Below, piece by piece: positions 10,014 through 19,837 of a stretch of DNA of 64,000 nucleotides. The notes beneath the pieces were generated by a model. It searched no databases. It saw only the letters and a program-made list of their open reading frames with translations, and was not told where the DNA came from. How positions within the stretch are numbered: the first letter of the stretch is position 1; every line of letters starts with the position of its first letter. A program made the translations under genes and the position numbers. Source of the stretch: Enterobacterales bacterium. GTDB lineage: Bacteria; Pseudomonadota; Gammaproteobacteria; Enterobacterales; GCA-002770795. The stretch spans positions 7,504-71,503 of the forward strand of contig JBFFIY010000003.1 of NCBI GenBank assembly GCA_041556195.1. Direction: 5' to 3'.

Positions 10014-13000
10014 TCAGGCTGTTTTTACTCTACCCAACTGCAACAAGCTAGGTAAAAATATAAGTGTAAACACGGTGCTAATGCTCATGCCACCAACAAT
10101 AACCGCAGCAATACCGCGATAGAGTTCAGCGCCAGCTCCAGGTATAAGTAATAGGGGCAACATGCCGCAAATACTGGTGAGTGTACTCATTAAAATAGGA
10201 CGCAACCTTAAGCGAATTGCCTGCTGTACAGCATCATGGCGCGACATTCCTTCAAGCTGTCCCATTCTGGTCTGGTAGACCAATAAAATGGCATTGTTGA
10301 CGACCAGTCCTAATAATATGATAAAACCTATCATCGTCAACAGATCGAGTGGTTGAAAAATAAATTGGTTGGTAAGTTGCAATAATCCAATGCCGCCCAC
10401 GGTAGCCAGTGGAATAGTAAGTACCACTAACAGGCTATCTTTAAAAGATCTAAATAATGCAGACATTAATAAATAGAGGATGATCAGAGCCAGTATAAAA
10501 CTTTGGCTCATATTGGCTAATGCCTCGGTTAAAGCTTCGGCACTGCCACGATACTTTATTTTACCCTCTTCAGGCAGTTGCGCTAAAATGGCTGGCTCAG
10601 CTTTTTCTTTTAAGAGAGCGATAGTATCTTCCAATGAGAGATCCGATGGTGGGGTAACCTGCAGTGTGATGGTTCGTTGTCGGTCTACCCGGCGAATAGA
10701 ATTTGGCCCTGCTGTTCTGACTATCTTGCTAAGTTCTCCCACGGGTTGGATCCCGGCCTGTGGAGTATACAAGGGTATTGCAGCCAGTTCTTCAGGGGTT
10801 TCCCAATCCTCAGTACGTAAAAAGACATCGATGCGTTTTTGACCGTTAAAAAAATCGCCAACATACAATCCTGTGCCTAACGCACGTGAAATTAATGACA
10901 TCTGTTGTCGAGTCCAACCTGCTTCTGCGAGTCTTCTTTCATCGGGCTGTAACTGAAGTTCGGGCTCTGCTAGTGTTAAACCGGGTACTGGTTGGATTTG
11001 GCTGGTGGGCAACAGCTGACTTACTGCTCCATAACCCACCTGCGCTGCGCGTAATAAATCATCCACATCATTGGTTTGTATATCTATGTCAATGCGACGA
11101 CCACCGCCCAGATCCTGGAAAAGTTCCGCCTGACTTGCAAAAGCGATAGTGTCTGGAAAACCTGCCAGTATTTCACCATTGATTGTTTGCACGATTTGTT
11201 TGATATTATCGGAGTTCTCCGCACGTCCACCCATAAACCCAAATGAACCAAAAAAGCCCATCCAGCTATGATCTATCTTGGGAAGCTTTTCTCCTGTGAG
11301 GTAGGGTAATGACCGGCGATTAATTTCATCCGACATTTCTTGCTGAGCAGCTGGAGTACTTAGACCTGGCGGTGGCAAGATAAAAGCGCGGAAAGAGTTT
11401 TGATTGCCCTTGGGGAGATAGTCGACCTTAGGAAATAACAACCAACTACCGCCCAATGAGAACAACATCAACCCAATGATCCAGCCGTAACGTTTTAGCG
11501 GAGAACTGGTGATGTGCATGATTTTCTGAGTAATGGCTTGCCACCAATGTTGATGCGGATCTTCTTCAGAAACCTGTTTTAATAAACGTCTGGAAGCCGC
11601 AGGCAATACCGTGACAGCAATAATTAGTGAAGCAATAATGGCAACCGCAATGGTAATGGCTAAATCTGCAAATAATTGCCCGGAAACAGCTTCTAAAAAG
11701 GCAATGGGAAGAAAAATGGCCACGGTTGTTGCGGTAGATGCCAGCAAGGCACCCCAAACTAGCGTGGCACCCTTAAAGGCTGCTTGTTCGGGTGGTTCGC
11801 CTTTTTCTCTGAGTCTGACAATATTTTCCAGTACCACAATAGCTGCATCCAATACCATGCCTACTGAGAATGCGAGACCAGCCATTGAGATAATGTTTAA
11901 CGAACGACCTGTAATATACATCATCAGCAAAGTCGCCATAATGGAAATAGGAATGGCTGCGGCGACAATTAATGTGGCTCGAAATTTTCGTAAAAACCAC
12001 CAGAGTACGCTAATGGCCAACAGTATGCCGATTAACAAATTGCTCTGAACCAGTTGCATCGAGCGACCGATATAAATGGTTTCATCATACATTTGAATCA
12101 TTTCGACCCCGGCCTTTTTTAAGGGTCCCTGATTCAACTCATCCATGGTTTGTTGTAATCCCTTCATCACCTCTATTACGTTAACACCTTGTTCAGCTTG
12201 AGCATTCATGGCGATGGCAGGCCTGCCATCAAGACTCAAAATACCTGTTCTATCTTGTAATTTTACTTCAACTTTTGCGACATCTTTTAGATAAATAGGT
12301 TGCCCATTTCGCCACTCCAGGATCATGTTTTCAAGTTGTTCGGCATCATATTTACTGGAAAATCTCAGGGTATATTTACGGCGACCGACTTCTTTAAAAC
12401 CTGCAGAAGCATCTTTGTTTTCACTTAAGGCTGCTGATATTTTAGGAATGTCTATGCCCAGATTAGCCACCTTATAGGCATCAAAAGTGATCCTAAGTTC
12501 TCTGGGTCGACCACCAAAAGCCAAACTTTGAGAAATACCCGAAACACGTTCTAATCTGGTTTGAATCTCTTCTTGCACAAAGTCCTGGTAACTGGCAATG
12601 TCGCGTTCGTTGCCAGGCAATGGCCTTAAGGCAAACCAGGCTATTGCCGTAAAATTATTACTGCCTCCAATTGCAAGCACCGGTTCAGTAGCATCTGCAG
12701 GGTAACTAGGTACTTGATTAAGAGCATTCATTACATCAATCAATGCTCTTTCAAGATTAATGCCGGTACGATAGCGCAAAGTAATATTGCCAGAGCCTTG
12801 TCCAGAGGTAGTTTCCATGGAAATCAATCCCTGTAAACCTTTAAGTACATCTTCCTGAGGTTCTATAATTTCTGCTTCCATCTCCTCCGGGGCTGCTGAG
12901 CGCCAGTTGGTGGTGATGGTGATCATCGGTTGGCTGATATCGGGTGTTAGCTGAATGGGTAATTTAAATAGAGCAATTAACCCAAACAGAGTTACCAATA

Positions 13001-13055
13001 AAATACCCACAACAACAGCTGTGGGATTAGCTAGTGATGCAGATGTGAGTTTCAT
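10014..13055 (-). CDS. RND efflux transporter permease (AcrB/HAE-type)
   Basis: 1013 aa with 12-TM RND topology: two large periplasmic loops and hydrophobic blocks at both ends. It overlaps the upstream adaptor gene by 4 nt. Confidence 0.9.
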   Translation of the reverse strand: MKLTSASLANPTAVVVGILLVTLFGLIALFKLPIQLTPDISQPMITITTNWRSAAPEEMEAEIIEPQEDVLKGLQGLISMETTSGQGSGNITLRYRTGINLERALIDVMNALNQVPSYPADATEPVLAIGGSNNFTAIAWFALRPLPGNERDIASYQDFVQEEIQTRLERVSGISQSLAFGGRPRELRITFDAYKVANLGIDIPKISAALSENKDASAGFKEVGRRKYTLRFSSKYDAEQLENMILEWRNGQPIYLKDVAKVEVKLQDRTGILSLDGRPAIAMNAQAEQGVNVIEVMKGLQQTMDELNQGPLKKAGVEMIQMYDETIYIGRSMQLVQSNLLIGILLAISVLWWFLRKFRATLIVAAAIPISIMATLLMMYITGRSLNIISMAGLAFSVGMVLDAAIVVLENIVRLREKGEPPEQAAFKGATLVWGALLASTATTVAIFLPIAFLEAVSGQLFADLAITIAVAIIASLIIAVTVLPAASRRLLKQVSEEDPHQHWWQAITQKIMHITSSPLKRYGWIIGLMLFSLGGSWLLFPKVDYLPKGNQNSFRAFILPPPGLSTPAAQQEMSDEINRRSLPYLTGEKLPKIDHSWMGFFGSFGFMGGRAENSDNIKQIVQTINGEILAGFPDTIAFASQAELFQDLGGGRRIDIDIQTNDVDDLLRAAQVGYGAVSQLLPTSQIQPVPGLTLAEPELQLQPDERRLAEAGWTRQQMSLISRALGTGLYVGDFFNGQKRIDVFLRTEDWETPEELAAIPLYTPQAGIQPVGELSKIVRTAGPNSIRRVDRQRTITLQVTPPSDLSLEDTIALLKEKAEPAILAQLPEEGKIKYRGSAEALTEALANMSQSFILALIILYLLMSALFRSFKDSLLVVLTIPLATVGGIGLLQLTNQFIFQPLDLLTMIGFIILLGLVVNNAILLVYQTRMGQLEGMSRHDAVQQAIRLRLRPILMSTLTSICGMLPLLLIPGAGAELYRGIAAVIVGGMSISTVFTLIFLPSLLQLGRVKTA

Positions 13056-14161
13056 TGGTTACCAGAGATCAAAGATGGGTTGTTGGTTTTAATCACGACT
13101 TCTTGTCCGTTTCTCAGGCGTTCAGCGCCACGTATGACAACTCGTTCACCTTCATGAATATCACCAATTACCTGAATAAATTCTCCCGCACCCATTCCAG
13201 AGGTAACAGAGATCTGAAGAGCTTTATTGCCATCATCTATTTTAAAGATACTGATCCCTTCACGGCGTAACACTAAAGCATCTCTTGGTACAGCAATAAC
13301 CTGTTTACGTTCACCGTTGGGAATTGCTATGCGAATATCAAGCCCTACCGGCCAGTCAAAGTCTGACATATCGAGCCGAACTTCCATAAGATGTGAACGA
13401 ACTTCGGCTACAGGTACCAGTGTTTTGATAGGCGCAATACCAGTTCCCAAAGGAGATTTAACCGCTAATTTAGTGGAGGTTTTTAAAAAAGGATAAGAGG
13501 TCAAAGCAGCAGCAGCTACAGCTTCCAGATTTTTAGTCTCGACAAGCTGGATAATTGCTGTGCCACTATTAATGAATTCACCGATATTACTCAGGCGTTT
13601 AGTAACCATGCCGTTAAAAGGTGCTTTGATCCGGGTATAACTTAGTTGAACTGCCGTTTGTGCCAGCTTAGCCCTGGCTTCGGCTAAATCACCAATGGAT
13701 ACATCCCTATTAGATATGGTTTCATCCAAATCATTTATGGCGGATAACTTTCTTGCAGCCAAACCGCGTTTGCGCACCACTTCTTCTTCCAGAAACTTTA
13801 ATTTAAATTCGGCGCTTTCAACACTGGCCTGATTTTCGGTTAAAAGTATCTTTAACGTTTCAGGATTAATTTGGGCAATGACATCTCCCTTTTGAACCTC
13901 TGCACCAATCTTAGCCATTTCTATCAAACGACCAGAGACTTCTGCGGCAATTTTTGCATTATTTTGGCTGACCACAGTTCCAGAGACCCAGGCAACGGGT
14001 GCGAGAGAGCGAAGCTGAGCCGTAGCAACATTAACCTGAGGTTTTGGACGTTCTGCTGCGTTGGCCGTTATAACAAGGCTAGATAAAGAGATTGCCAGCA
14101 AGGCCACTTTAGAGAAATGGTTAACTAAAGGAGAAAGAAAAAAAGATTGTTTCTTCGACAT
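13052..14161 (-). CDS. RND efflux periplasmic adaptor (membrane fusion protein)
   Basis: Signal/anchor sequence, coiled-coil hairpin region and beta-barrel pattern of the HlyD/AcrA family. I chose the start at MSKKQSFF (ATG 14161) rather than the track start at 14185. Confidence 0.85.
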   Translation of the reverse strand: MSKKQSFFLSPLVNHFSKVALLAISLSSLVITANAAERPKPQVNVATAQLRSLAPVAWVSGTVVSQNNAKIAAEVSGRLIEMAKIGAEVQKGDVIAQINPETLKILLTENQASVESAEFKLKFLEEEVVRKRGLAARKLSAINDLDETISNRDVSIGDLAEARAKLAQTAVQLSYTRIKAPFNGMVTKRLSNIGEFINSGTAIIQLVETKNLEAVAAAALTSYPFLKTSTKLAVKSPLGTGIAPIKTLVPVAEVRSHLMEVRLDMSDFDWPVGLDIRIAIPNGERKQVIAVPRDALVLRREGISIFKIDDGNKALQISVTSGMGAGEFIQVIGDIHEGERVVIRGAERLRNGQEVVIKTNNPSLISGNQ

Positions 14162-14295
14162 GAAAAGACGTCCATCATAAATCATGGTAACAGTGGTTTA
14201 TTGCTGCTACAGACCAGGTACAACAATATTTGTTGCACCCTTTTAATTATTATAAAGGTTTAGTATAGGATAAAAACTTAACATAATAAAAAGAA

Positions 14296-14382
14296 TGGTG
14301 CCGAGAGGGGGACTTGAACCCCCACGACCAATAGGCCACTAGCACCTGAAGCTAGCGCGTCTACCAATTCCGCCACCTCGGC
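14296..14382 (-). tRNA. tRNA-Leu (anticodon CAG)
   Basis: The reverse complement reads GCCGAGGTGGCGGAATTGGTAGACGCGCTAGCTTCAGGTGCTAGTGGCCTATTGGTCGTGGGGGTTCAAGTCCCCCTCTCGGCACCA. It has a cloverleaf with a long variable arm and anticodon loop TTCAGGT, and is near-identical in its 5' half to E. coli tRNA-Leu(CAG). Confidence 0.95.
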
Positions 14383-14452
14383 AGTGAGAGATGGAGTATA
14401 CACTCTATACTCTTTTTGTAGATATATCTTTATTGAAATATTTTGTAAGGGT

Positions 14453-14887
14453 TTATGCTTCCATCCAGCTATCACTGTGTTCAGTCCATTGTTGATAATT
14501 GTCATTACCTCCACGTTCTTTCCAATCGGAATCAATGGTCAGTTTTGAAGTGATACCCCCTCGTGGATTGAAAACCATAACCAAACGTAAACGAGAGGGT
14601 TGATAAACTTCCTGAAGCTGATCATAGACGATATTAATGAGGCGCTCGTAAGAAACCACCGTATCTCTAAGTTGATAAACATATTGTTTAAGTGCTTTAA
14701 GCTCGATGATTTTCTTATTGGGATAAAAAGTGATGTAAGCCGTGGCAAAATCCGGTTGTTCCTGTACCCCCAAAAAAGTGAATTCAGGCACTTTAATTTT
14801 AATTTCGTAGGCTTCGGTGGCAGGATCGGGCAATGCTACTAATAAATTTTTATCAATAGACTCGTAGGTTTTTAAACAGTTTGACAT
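14453..14887 (-). CDS. QueF-like T-fold protein (type I QueF family) lacking the catalytic cysteine
   Basis: 144 aa. It aligns with B. subtilis QueF: PEFTFLGVQEQPDFATAYITF against [22 protein letters not shown]. The QueF motif ELKALKQY and the PRGGI block are present, but the thioimide-forming Cys position is Gly. Confidence 0.7.
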   Translation of the reverse strand: MSNCLKTYESIDKNLLVALPDPATEAYEIKIKVPEFTFLGVQEQPDFATAYITFYPNKKIIELKALKQYVYQLRDTVVSYERLINIVYDQLQEVYQPSRLRLVMVFNPRGGITSKLTIDSDWKERGGNDNYQQWTEHSDSWMEA

Positions 14888-15112
14888 AATAATTTCCTCT
14901 GTACCGTTTGAGATTTAAAACGGTAATTGCTAGTTGTCATTCGGTTTAGCTAGCTAGTGTATATAGTTTAGGGGTATATCCCCCCGAATGCTAAATTTCA
15001 CCGAATACTAAAGACTGAAATTGAGCTACTGAGCCAGAACAATAAATTTAAAGATGACAGAATAGTAAATATTATCTAAACATTAGCTAATAAGCACTTT
15101 TAAATGTATTAT

Positions 15113-15136
15113 AGACGTCTAAACATCCAAATGTCT
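15113..15136 (+). promoter_or_regulatory. putative MetJ operator (three tandem met boxes)
   Basis: AGACGTCT (8/8 to the met-box consensus AGACGTCT), AAACATCC (5/8) and AAATGTCT (6/8) lie in tandem register, ending 19 nt upstream of the metH start. metJ is encoded in this window. Confidence 0.6.
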
Positions 15137-15154
15137 ATAGATGGTGAGTTTAAT

Positions 15155-18100
15155 ATGTCTACGATTGAAAGATCAGCACAGTTAGAGCAAGCATTACAAT
15201 CACGTATTTTGTTTCTTGATGGTGCCATGGGTACCATGATTCAGGCCTACAAATTGGATGAAAAAGGCTATCGTGGTGAGCGATTCGCTGATTGGCATTG
15301 TGATATTAAGGGCAATAATGATTTGCTGTCTTTAACCCAGCCAGAAAAGATATTAGAGATCCATCGTGAGTATTTGCAAGTTGGTGCAGATATTATCGAA
15401 ACCAATACTTTCAACTCAACCCAAATTGCTATGGCCGATTATGACATGGAATCATTAACGGCTGAAATCAATCGGGAGTCAGCGCGTTTAGCGAGGCAGG
15501 CGGCAGACGAATTTACCCAGTTAACCCCTGATAAGCCCAGATTTGTGGCGGGAGTTTTAGGCCCTACTAATCGCACCTGTAGTTTATCTCCTGATGTTAA
15601 TGATCCCGGTTTTAGAAATATCTCTTTTGATGAATTACGCATTGCTTACCTGGAGTCAGCCCATGCATTGATTGAAGGTGGTGCCGACATTTTATTGGTT
15701 GAAACCGTATTTGACACCTTGAATGCCAAAGCCGCCTTATTTGCCATATTAGAGTTATTTGAACAACTCGGAACAACCTGGCCAGTGATGATTTCTGGAA
15801 CCATCACCGATGCTTCAGGCCGAACCTTAACAGGGCAAACTACCGAAGCCTTTTACAATGCACTACGTCATATCAAACCCATATCCATAGGTCTAAATTG
15901 TGCCCTGGGCGCCAAAGAACTTAGACCCTATGTAGAAGAGCTCTCGCGTATTGCAGACTGTTATGTCTCGGCTCATCCTAATGCCGGATTGCCCAATGAG
16001 TTTGGTGGTTACGATGAAACCCCGGAGGACATGGCATTAGAATTGGCAGAATGGGCAAGTAGCGGTTTGGTCAATATGGTAGGGGGTTGTTGTGGCACCT
16101 CTCCAGCACATATTAGTGAGATCATTGAAGCAGTCAGTTCAATTAAGCCTCGTTTAATTCCGGAAATCCCTCTTGCTTGTCGTTTGTCAGGTTTAGAGGC
16201 TTTTAACATCAATGAACAAAGTTTGTTTGTTAACGTGGGAGAACGGACCAATGTCACAGGTTCTGCCAGATTTTTAAGATTGATCAAAGAGGATGATTTC
16301 GAAAGTGCATTATCTGTGGCGTTACAACAGGTTGAAAGTGGTGCACCGGTAATAGACATAAATATGGATGAAGGATTGCTTGATGCCAAGGCGGCCATGA
16401 AGAGGTTTTTACATCTAATTGCTGCTGAACCAGATATTAGCCGAGTTCCGGTGATGATCGACTCCTCAAAATGGGAAGTGATTGAGGCAGGACTTAAATG
16501 CATTCAGGGCAAAGGCGTGGTGAACTCTATTTCCTTAAAAGAAGGAGAACAGAAATTTATAGAACAGGCACAGCTTGTTCGTCGCTATGGAGCAGCGGTG
16601 ATAGTAATGGCCTTTGACGAACAGGGCCAGGCAGATAATGCTACAAGAAAATTTGAGATCTGCCAACGAGCCTATAATATTTTAACCAAAACGGTAGGGT
16701 TCCCGGCAGAAGATATTATTTTTGATCCCAATGTTTTTGCCATAGGAACAGGTATTGAAGAACATAATAATTATGCCATAGATTTTATTGCAGCAACCGC
16801 AAAAATTAAAGCTGAACTACCCCATGCATTGATCTCCGGTGGCGTCTCCAATGTCTCCTTCGCCTTTCGAGGTAACAACCCCGTACGCGAAGCCATTCAT
16901 GCAGTTTTTTTATACCATGCCATTCAAGCAGGCATGGACATGGGTATTGTTAATGCGGGGCAATTGGCTATCTATGATGATATCCCGGCACCACTGTTAA
17001 AAGCTGTTGAAGATGTGGTGCTGAACAAAGATGCAGAAGCCACAGAACATCTAATGAGTATTGCTAATGATTTTTTAGAGAAAGGAGACAAAAGACAACA
17101 AAAATCTATCGAAGATTGGCGTAAGTTAGGTGTTGCTAAGCGCCTTGAACATGCTCTGGTAAAAGGAATAACGGATTATATTGAACAGGATACAGAAGAA
17201 GTAAGACAGAGCTTGAATAAAGCATTAGATGTGATAGAAGGGCCTTTAATGGATGGCATGAACGTTGTCGGTGATTTATTTGGTAGTGGTAAAATGTTCC
17301 TGCCGCAGGTTGTGAAATCGGCACGAGTAATGAAAAAAGCCGTCGCTTATTTAATGCCTTTTGTTGAAAAAGAAAAGACTGAAGGACAGGCAGAGCGAAA
17401 TAATGGTCGGGTATTAATGGCAACCGTCAAAGGTGACGTGCATGATATTGGAAAAAATATCGTGTCGGTGGTATTGCAATGTAATGGTTATGAAATTATT
17501 GATTTAGGGGTGATGGTAGCCTGTGATCAAATTTTAAAAGTGGCTCGTGAAAAAAATTGCGACATAATCGGCCTGTCAGGATTAATTACTCCATCGCTGG
17601 ATGAAATGGTACATGTTGCTCAAGAAATGCAGCGGCAAAATTTTTCCATTCCTTTGATCATCGGTGGCGCCACTACATCTGCTATGCACTGTGCGGTAAA
17701 AATTGCTCCGAGTTATCAACACCCGGTGGTTTATGTTTCTGATGCACCTCGGGCAGTGAATACCTGTGCAAAATTAATGAGTGAAAAAGACCACGTTCAT
17801 TTCATCGACCAGACGGCGCAACACTACGCACAGTTACGTCTTGACCATGAAAACCGTCAAAACAGAAGAGCGCTAATCAACATAGAAAAATCCAGAAAAA
17901 ATCGAGCGGCAATTGATTGGAATTCTGTATCGGTTACAACACCCGAATTTACCGGTGTAAAAATATTGGATGACTACCCTCTACAAGATTTAGTTGAACG
18001 AATTGACTGGACACCATTTTTCCGGGCGTGGGAGCTTGCCGGTTCATTTCCAAAAATATTAAAAGATAAAGTGGTGGGAGAGAGCGCCACAAAAATTTAT

Positions 18101-18847
18101 CATGATGCGCAGCAAATGTTACAAAAAATTGTTTCAGAAAAATGGCTTACAGCTAAAGCGGTATTTGCATTTTTTCCAGCTAACTCAGTAGCTGATGATA
18201 TAGAAATTTATGAAGATGACAATAGAAAAGCAGTTAGTTGTAAACTGCATCATCTGCGTCAACAAATGCATAGAAAAGATCAAAGGCCCAATTATTGTTT
18301 AAGTGATTTTATTGCTCCAAAAGAAACTCATGTTAAAGATTACCTGGGCGCTTTTGCGGTTACTGCAGGCATTGGAATTGAAGAACATATTGAACGATTT
18401 GAAAAAGATCATGATGATTACAATGCTATTTTATTAAAGGCGTTGGCGGATAGATTAGCAGAAGCTTTTGCCGAACGCTTACATGAAAAAGTTCGTAAAC
18501 AATATTGGGGTTATGCAAAAACTGAAAATTTAAGCAATGAAGAGTTAATTAAAGAAAAATATCAGGGAATAAGACCAGCCCCTGGTTATCCTGCATGTCC
18601 TGATCACACAGAAAAACAAACACTCTGGCAACTGATAAAACCCGATCAGAATATTGGGCTAAATCTCACCGATTCATTTGCCATGACTCCCACAGCAGCC
18701 GTTTCCGGTTGGTATTTCTCCCATCCTGAATCTCGTTATTTTGGGTTGGGTAAAATTACAGCTTGTCAGCTTGAAGATTATGCTGAAAGAAAAGACTGGA
18801 ATAAAGAACTGGCAGAAAGATGGTTGCGGCCAGTGCTTGGGTATTGA
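15155..18847 (+). CDS. metH: cobalamin-dependent methionine synthase
   Basis: About 1230 aa with Hcy-binding, pterin-binding, B12-binding ([10 protein letters not shown], the DxHxxG motif) and AdoMet-activation modules. The start at MSTIERS (ggtgag RBS) matches the E. coli MetH N-terminus. Confidence 0.97.
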   Translation: MSTIERSAQLEQALQSRILFLDGAMGTMIQAYKLDEKGYRGERFADWHCDIKGNNDLLSLTQPEKILEIHREYLQVGADIIETNTFNSTQIAMADYDMESLTAEINRESARLARQAADEFTQLTPDKPRFVAGVLGPTNRTCSLSPDVNDPGFRNISFDELRIAYLESAHALIEGGADILLVETVFDTLNAKAALFAILELFEQLGTTWPVMISGTITDASGRTLTGQTTEAFYNALRHIKPISIGLNCALGAKELRPYVEELSRIADCYVSAHPNAGLPNEFGGYDETPEDMALELAEWASSGLVNMVGGCCGTSPAHISEIIEAVSSIKPRLIPEIPLACRLSGLEAFNINEQSLFVNVGERTNVTGSARFLRLIKEDDFESALSVALQQVESGAPVIDINMDEGLLDAKAAMKRFLHLIAAEPDISRVPVMIDSSKWEVIEAGLKCIQGKGVVNSISLKEGEQKFIEQAQLVRRYGAAVIVMAFDEQGQADNATRKFEICQRAYNILTKTVGFPAEDIIFDPNVFAIGTGIEEHNNYAIDFIAATAKIKAELPHALISGGVSNVSFAFRGNNPVREAIHAVFLYHAIQAGMDMGIVNAGQLAIYDDIPAPLLKAVEDVVLNKDAEATEHLMSIANDFLEKGDKRQQKSIEDWRKLGVAKRLEHALVKGITDYIEQDTEEVRQSLNKALDVIEGPLMDGMNVVGDLFGSGKMFLPQVVKSARVMKKAVAYLMPFVEKEKTEGQAERNNGRVLMATVKGDVHDIGKNIVSVVLQCNGYEIIDLGVMVACDQILKVAREKNCDIIGLSGLITPSLDEMVHVAQEMQRQNFSIPLIIGGATTSAMHCAVKIAPSYQHPVVYVSDAPRAVNTCAKLMSEKDHVHFIDQTAQHYAQLRLDHENRQNRRALINIEKSRKNRAAIDWNSVSVTTPEFTGVKILDDYPLQDLVERIDWTPFFRAWELAGSFPKILKDKVVGESATKIYHDAQQMLQKIVSEKWLTAKAVFAFFPANSVADDIEIYEDDNRKAVSCKLHHLRQQMHRKDQRPNYCLSDFIAPKETHVKDYLGAFAVTAGIGIEEHIERFEKDHDDYNAILLKALADRLAEAFAERLHEKVRKQYWGYAKTENLSNEELIKEKYQGIRPAPGYPACPDHTEKQTLWQLIKPDQNIGLNLTDSFAMTPTAAVSGWYFSHPESRYFGLGKITACQLEDYAERKDWNKELAERWLRPVLGY

Positions 18848-18903
18848 GTTCAGGAGTATATTTTCAGTTCAATAATTTTTTCCAGACTGATCCAGTTTGA
18901 TTT

Positions 18904-19209
18904 TTAAGCCAGGATTTCCAATCCCTTTTGATCTACCAGATTAAGTAATTTAAGTGAAGGACCATTGGGATGTTTTTGGCCTTGCTCCCACTTTGCCACA
19001 GTTGATTTATGGGTGTTCAAATAAGCTGCGAACACAGCCTGGCTCGCTTTATTTTTCACTCTGATCTGTTTGATTTGATTAGCAGTCAGTTGCCTGATCC
19101 TGGGTAAACACAATCCGTCAAACTCGCGCATAGTTACATCTTTCATAACTCCAGCTTTGTGTAAATCACTAGCACTTTCATGAAGCACTTCTAATATTGA
19201 TTTATCCAT
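18904..19209 (-). CDS. HTH (Xre-like) antitoxin-type DNA-binding protein
   Basis: 101 aa. The C-terminal HTH SQAVFAAYLNTHKSTVAKWEQG is followed by PNGPSLKLL, typical of antitoxins partnered with RelE-like toxins. It overlaps the upstream toxin ORF by 8 nt. Confidence 0.7.
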   Translation of the reverse strand: MDKSILEVLHESASDLHKAGVMKDVTMREFDGLCLPRIRQLTANQIKQIRVKNKASQAVFAAYLNTHKSTVAKWEQGQKHPNGPSLKLLNLVDQKGLEILA

Positions 19210-19576
19210 TGTTTTCTACCTCGATTAATGCACCTTTTTGAATTGCTTTGGCTATCTCTTTATCACTATAATTCAATAATTCTTTGCCATATAATTTTAA
19301 CGCTTTTAACTCAACATCTTTAATATTTGCCTGGACATTTTTAGCGAAACCATAAATGAAGAAGGCTCTTGTGCCAATCTGATAAGCCAGTAGCGTACGA
19401 ATGCCTCCGCTCTTACCTCTTCCGCCTACAGCAACTCGTTTTTTCACAATATTACCGCCTAAATTAGCATCAACAAGCCCCTTTGCTATTTCTTCAACGG
19501 CCATAATGAGTGCTTTATCCTCAATCTTTTCCTTAGCAGCCCATTTACTAAATACTTTGTTTTTATAAATATTCAT
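19202..19576 (-). CDS. RelE/ParE-superfamily toxin-like protein
   Basis: About 124 aa from MNIYKNKVFSKWA. The motif KKR.A..G.GKSGG.R.L.A resembles the RelE-like addiction-module family usually paired with the downstream HTH protein. Confidence 0.65.
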   Translation of the reverse strand: MNIYKNKVFSKWAAKEKIEDKALIMAVEEIAKGLVDANLGGNIVKKRVAVGGRGKSGGIRTLLAYQIGTRAFFIYGFAKNVQANIKDVELKALKLYGKELLNYSDKEIAKAIQKGALIEVENNG

Positions 19577-19837
19577 TGATGTCCCTATATGAGTTAACTT
19601 CAAGTATAGCACTAAGTGCTATAAATGAAAAATGGTGAAATATGCTAGTTCAGGCTGTTATGTGAAAGTGAGAGAATTAACTTAATAATTGGTTTTCCAC
19701 CGTAAAGAAATAATTTTTATCAAAAACAGTTACTTAAGACTGATTGAGGATGTTTTCTAGCTTTAATTCAATAAGTTATGATGTTCTGAATCAGTTGATT
19801 TTTCCTTGCTCAACTGCTGGAGCCAGATTGAGTATTT

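Noticed and set aside
14278-14535. An 85-aa ORF overlapping tRNA-Leu.
   Set aside because: It is the translation of the tRNA gene's antisense/sense region and of the QueF-like gene's 3' end. It has no independent support.
14888-15154. A cobalamin or SAM riboswitch in the metH leader.
   Set aside because: I could not recognise a B12-box or the conserved helices of SAM riboswitches. The region is short and AT-rich and instead contains tandem met boxes.
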